From sequence record SRR2962707_813: DNA of 20,000 bases. The stretch is one strand, 5' to 3'. Positions 16,215 to 20,000 of the stretch are shown here, in pieces. Below the pieces are notes generated by a model. The model had not been told where the DNA came from. It worked only from the letters and a program-made list of their open reading frames with translations, and did not search any database. A program made the translations under genes and the position numbers. Every line of letters begins with the position of its first letter. Positions within the stretch are counted from its first letter, which is position 1.

Positions 16215-17899
16215 AATCACTAGAAGTTAATTCGGATCAAGGGATAATAAGAAGTATCTCATTTAAAAAGGGGTTAAACCTTATTGTCGATGAAACTAAT
16301 TCCAATAGCGCTCAAACAACTGGTAATAATGTAGGTAAAACCACTGTTTTAAGGTTGATTGATTATTGCTTTGGTGGTAATGGTGAAAATATTTATAAAG
16401 ATTCTGAGTTTAAGGATAAATCCAATACTCAGGTTGAAAATTTCCTTATAGACAGAAGAGTTGAAGTTACTTTGACTTTAGTCGATAGTCTAAAGGATTT
16501 TGAATCTGATACAATTGTTATAAAGAGAAATTTTCTGAAAAGAAAAAGCAAAATTCAGCTAATCAATGGTGAATACTATAATGACAAGGATTTTGACTCA
16601 AAGCTCAAAAACCTGATTTTTAAAAGCTCAACTGATAAGCCAACTTTTAGACAAATCATCTCAAAGAATATTAGAGACGAGAAGAACAAGCTTCAAAATA
16701 CATTAAAAACCCTTCATTATAATACAACTAAAGAGGAATATGAGGCCCTTTATTTGTTTTGGCTAGGAATTGACCTTGATACCGCAAGTAGAAAAGTCAA
16801 ATTGAGTGAGCAAAGAAAAATGGAGATGAAAATATTCAATCGTTTGAAGAAAGGCGTTTCTGTCTCTGAGATTGAACAAGCTCTATTGATTTTAGAAAGG
16901 GACATCCAAGATTTAAATCGGCGTAAGGATAGGTTTAACTTAAATGAAAATTATGAATCTGATCTTCAGAAGTTAAATGAAACCAAGACTCATCTTAATT
17001 CGCTTTCTACTGAATTGGGAAGGCTAAAAACAAGGCAAGACTTAATCAATGAAAGTCTGAATGAATTAGAGAATGAAAAGTCAGACATTGATGTTAAGCA
17101 GTTAGAGGATATATATACAGCTGCCCAAAAATATATCCCTGATCTTCAAAAACAATTTTCTGATCTGCTTGAGTATCATAATAATATGCTTGACGAAAAG
17201 ATCGAGTTTATCGCGGCGGAAAAGCCAATAGTTGAATCTCAAATTCAGAAAGTATCAAGAGAGATACAGTTCTATATTAAGAGTGAACAGGAATTAAGTA
17301 TTAAACTGGAGAAGTCGGGAGCAATAGATGAGTTGCAATCGATTGTGTCAGATCTCAATTCAAAGCATGAGCAGAAAGGAAGTTACGAGGAGAAGCTAAA
17401 TCAGTGGAATAATTCAATAGATAAACTAGAAGAAATTGATGAGGAGCTAGAGAAAATCAATCAAGGGATAGATTCCCTAGATGAATTGATATCAAAGCGA
17501 ATAACGAGCTTTAATAGTTATTTTACCCAACTTTCTGAAATCCTATATGATGAACAATTCATCCTTAGTTATGATAAAACTGAAAGGGCATATGAATTAA
17601 AAATTAGCTCAGTTGGGGGAAATCTAGGAACAGGTAAGAAAAAAGTACAGATTGCAGCTTTTGATTTTGCATACATTCTGTTCTGTGAGGATAATGATGT
17701 CCCATGTTTTCATGCAATTCTTCATGATCAGAATGAGACAATTCACGATAATCAACTAAATCAATTAGCCGCTCTTTCTGAGAGTATAGATAGTCAATAC
17801 ATAGTTCCTGTTTTATATGACAAGCTTCCTCCAGGTATTGATATAGAGAAAAATAAAATTTTGAGTTTATCCCAGTCTGATAAGTTTTTCAAAATATAA
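16205..17899 (+). CDS. lmuB: Lamassu LmuB / ABC-3C SMC-Rad50-like ATPase (DUF2326-type)
   Basis: FKKGLNLIVDE, Walker A GNNVGKTT, long coiled coil, signature-like LGTGKKK, Walker B-like AILHD, C-terminal LSLSQSDKFFKI. Confidence 0.88.
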   Translation: MYLKSLEVNSDQGIIRSISFKKGLNLIVDETNSNSAQTTGNNVGKTTVLRLIDYCFGGNGENIYKDSEFKDKSNTQVENFLIDRRVEVTLTLVDSLKDFESDTIVIKRNFLKRKSKIQLINGEYYNDKDFDSKLKNLIFKSSTDKPTFRQIISKNIRDEKNKLQNTLKTLHYNTTKEEYEALYLFWLGIDLDTASRKVKLSEQRKMEMKIFNRLKKGVSVSEIEQALLILERDIQDLNRRKDRFNLNENYESDLQKLNETKTHLNSLSTELGRLKTRQDLINESLNELENEKSDIDVKQLEDIYTAAQKYIPDLQKQFSDLLEYHNNMLDEKIEFIAAEKPIVESQIQKVSREIQFYIKSEQELSIKLEKSGAIDELQSIVSDLNSKHEQKGSYEEKLNQWNNSIDKLEEIDEELEKINQGIDSLDELISKRITSFNSYFTQLSEILYDEQFILSYDKTERAYELKISSVGGNLGTGKKKVQIAAFDFAYILFCEDNDVPCFHAILHDQNETIHDNQLNQLAALSESIDSQYIVPVLYDKLPPGIDIEKNKILSLSQSDKFFKI

Positions 17900-18020
17900 T
17901 CCCCTAAGTTTAATTCTTTATAAGAGGAATAGTCAATTCAAATTTGGATACACTATAATTTAAACGGTGATCCACGACATTTCATTTTGTGCTCTACACA
18001 CCTCCATTTTCCATTTCTCC

Positions 18021-18085
18021 AACCCCCGGTTCGTGTCCCCCCGAATCGAAATTCTTCTGGGTTTTATGAAGACACAAACCTTAGC
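18021..18085. repeat. REP/REPIN-like hairpin repeat, copy 2 (right of defence island)
   Basis: AACCCCCGGTTCGTGTCCCCCCGAATCGAAATTCTTCTGGGTTTTATGAAGACACAAACC, same orientation as copy 1. Confidence 0.8.
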
Positions 18086-18198
18086 TAAAGATTTGACGCA
18101 AGGGCATTCAAAAGACTTACAACACCTTAATTCCTCCATTCTATATTTTCAATTCTCCTCAGCCTGGTCCTTCATTTGCAACGAGGATTCCTAATCCC

Positions 18199-18225
18199 AA
18201 AACACCTCCGATTACTCGGAGGTGT
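18199..18225 (-). terminator. Intrinsic terminator of the CMD gene
   Basis: ACACCTCCGA-TTAC-TCGGAGGTGT 10-bp stem with T tail on the minus strand. Confidence 0.75.
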
Positions 18226-18247
18226 GATCCATAGCATGATTGCTTAG

Positions 18248-18703
18248 TCAGCTTTGCTCTTCATACGAGCCCGGCACAAAGCCAAAAGTGATGGCTATAC
18301 GATTCCAGGAGTTAATCTGGCAGATGAGCAGGGTGAGATTTGCGATCTCATCCTTGGAAAAGACTTTAGCTGCGTGTGCATATGCTTCTTCCACATCACT
18401 GCCTGAGATGTTGGTCAGGGCCTCTGTCAGATGCAGCGCCGCACGCTCTTCTTCAGTGTAATGAGGTGATTCTCGCCACACCCGGGAGAGGTACAGACGC
18501 TGTGGGCTTTCTCCATCTTTTAGTGCTTCCTTTGTGTGCATATCTATGCAATAACCACAGCCATTGATCATCGATGCACGCAGCTTTACCAGGTGGTAGA
18601 TCTTCGAATCGATTCCTGCTTCCTTCAGGTATTTTTCAGTGTTCATCATGGCGGCATAAGCGCCTTTTGGTACTTCATGACTCGCTATTCGTTCCATTGT
18701 CAT
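18248..18703 (-). CDS. Carboxymuconolactone decarboxylase / AhpD-like protein
   Basis: LVKLRASMINGCGYCIDMH (CxxC...H), WRESPHYTEEERAALHLTEALT, INSWNRI. Confidence 0.92.
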   Translation of the reverse strand: MTMERIASHEVPKGAYAAMMNTEKYLKEAGIDSKIYHLVKLRASMINGCGYCIDMHTKEALKDGESPQRLYLSRVWRESPHYTEEERAALHLTEALTNISGSDVEEAYAHAAKVFSKDEIANLTLLICQINSWNRIAITFGFVPGSYEEQS

Positions 18704-18727
18704 AATTAATTTTTGATTCTGTTATTA

Positions 18728-18756
18728 TGACCGATTCGATGGGAGTGCGCGTGACA
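18728..18756 (-). promoter_or_regulatory. ECF41-type promoter for the CMD gene
   Basis: Minus strand TGTCACG-N16-CGGTC, close to the ECF41 consensus TGTCACA-N16-CGTC. Confidence 0.65.
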
Positions 18757-18761
18757 CTTTT

Positions 18762-19628
18762 TTAGAGAAATTTTAATTTTTCCTGATTCAGCACTGTGTA
18801 GATTTCATCAATCTTACCATCCCCGGTTGCCAGAATCATGGACCGGTATACGATCCCGCTTAGCACGTATACAATGGCGGGCTGGTGATTGATGGATGTA
18901 AACCGGATTTCTGTACCAGTTAGCATATACTTGGTGCCAATTGCCCGCAGTAGCTTGGCTACCCGATCCAAACCTTTCAGAGGCTTACGAGCTGCCGCAT
19001 AATCAGGCCCGCCATCCGATACGGCTCGAATAGTATCGGACAGCAGGCGTTTGATAGCGGTGAGGTCTGCATTTGCCATAGCACTTGTTAGCTCACTGAG
19101 GAGGAGTCGATCAGAGTTGTCCAGCGGTCTTCGTTTTCCTTTCATCGACTTCACTTTGTCGTTTGCTCGCTTGTAAAGCTGTCGCGAGTGGTCTTCTTTG
19201 ATTTCAAGTACATCGGCTATGTCCGGATGTTTATAGTCAAACGCATGCTTCAGGATATAGACCGCACGCTCATGTGGGTTTAGCTTTTCCATGAGCACGA
19301 GCAGCGAATAGTTGAGCACCTGCTGTTTGTCAGCCTCATGATAGATGCTTTCCGGGGTTTCAACAGGCTCAGGAAGCCAATCGCCAGGATAGTGCTCCAG
19401 CTGGTTACGAAGTAGCTGTTTATAGTTGATGGATCTGTTGATAACAGATCGAGTAAGATAGCCGGTAGTATTTTCAATGTGTGAATGATCGCGGGTGAAA
19501 AATGGCACAATTACCTCTTCCACAAGATCCCGGGCAGGCTCTGTAGCTCCGATGATGTTATAAGCATAAGGAAAGAGTTTTGCCCGGTAGTGGGTCAGTT
19601 CTTCTTGGAGATCGATTAATTCGCTCAT
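18762..19628 (-). CDS. ECF41 (SigJ-like) sigma factor with C-terminal SnoaL-like domain
   Basis: AYNIIG, YPGDWLPEP linker, LMEKLNPHERAVYILKHAFDY, SDGG, INHQPA, IYTVLNQEKL; adjacent to the CMD gene. Confidence 0.9.
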   Translation of the reverse strand: MSELIDLQEELTHYRAKLFPYAYNIIGATEPARDLVEEVIVPFFTRDHSHIENTTGYLTRSVINRSINYKQLLRNQLEHYPGDWLPEPVETPESIYHEADKQQVLNYSLLVLMEKLNPHERAVYILKHAFDYKHPDIADVLEIKEDHSRQLYKRANDKVKSMKGKRRPLDNSDRLLLSELTSAMANADLTAIKRLLSDTIRAVSDGGPDYAAARKPLKGLDRVAKLLRAIGTKYMLTGTEIRFTSINHQPAIVYVLSGIVYRSMILATGDGKIDEIYTVLNQEKLKFL

Positions 19629-19667
19629 AAGCCAGTTTTGACTGTGGAATAGTGCTTAAACATACAG

Positions 19668-19694
19668 GACAAGAAGAAAGGTCTTTTTGTGACA
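19668..19694 (-). promoter_or_regulatory. ECF41-type autoregulatory promoter
   Basis: Minus strand TGTCACA-N16-TGTC, 40 bp upstream of the sigma start codon. Confidence 0.7.
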
Positions 19695-19737
19695 TTTTTT
19701 TTCATCTGTTCGGAATCTTTCACTCTAAATTCCGATT

Positions 19738-19967
19738 TCTCCCACCATCTCCCACCAGACTTCCTAAAACCAAAATTTCAAGCACTGAATCTCAGAATTT
19801 CTATGAAAAGATCCTGAAATAGCGTTTCTTCTCATAACTCATTCATTAACAGATCATTCATTTTCAGCTCAAAATCATTGATTTAAACATCAAATTCGCA
19901 ATTTTTTTAATTTTGTGTATGAAAGTGGGGGAAAGTGGTGGAAAATAGGAAAAGTTGATTACATTTG
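19738..19967 (+). promoter_or_regulatory. Probable MraZ-binding GTGG repeats and promoter of a dcw operon beyond the window
   Basis: 10-bp-period GAAAGTGGGG GAAAGTGGTG GAAAATAGGA (19921-19950), inverted pair TCTCCCACCA x2 (19738-19757), -7 element TACATTTG (19960-19967). Confidence 0.6.
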
Positions 19968-20000
19968 TCTCGGTGGTTTATATTTTTCAAGGCTCAGTAT

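Noticed and set aside
14777-18085. Repeats as a CRISPR array or IS terminal inverted repeats
   Set aside because: Only two copies 3.2 kb apart in direct orientation, with no spacer periodicity, cas genes or transposase.
1007-19510. Numerous short antisense or alternate-frame ORFs in the track (e.g. 1007-1318, 1630-1962, 2765-3019, 8316-8558, 13211-13495, 15666-15890, 18240-18461, 19280-19510)
   Set aside because: They are shadows of well-supported genes and carry no recognisable motifs.

Overview
Bacteroidetes-type chromosomal window (TAnnTTTG promoters, Bacteroidetes-style REP hairpins). In order it holds: the 5' end of an acyl-CoA oxidase/dehydrogenase-like gene; an mlaEFD-type ABC operon; a stress-type cluster (helical-repeat protein, DUF302, YciF-like ferritin, adaptor/permease/ATPase ABC exporter) preceded by TGAY-N4-RTCA palindromes; tatA; two paralogous ArsR-SRPBCC modules with different operators; a membrane-anchored OmpR-type regulator divergent from a TonB-C protein; an orphan SAM-I riboswitch; an AT-rich Lamassu/ABC-three-component defence island between two REP-like hairpins; an ECF41 sigma/CMD pair; and probable MraZ boxes at the right edge. 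The standout is the Lamassu locus. Its LmuA has no enzymatic effector domain. Instead it begins with a 17-aa motif (HTGLGDNIHAQGNVYIN) that recurs at the C-terminus of a 66-aa membrane protein encoded immediately upstream (HSGEGDNISVGGDAKIN). This receptor/effector layout is typical of amyloid signalling and suggests an amyloid-coupled Lamassu system (inference). Family assignments come from motif recognition, not database searches.
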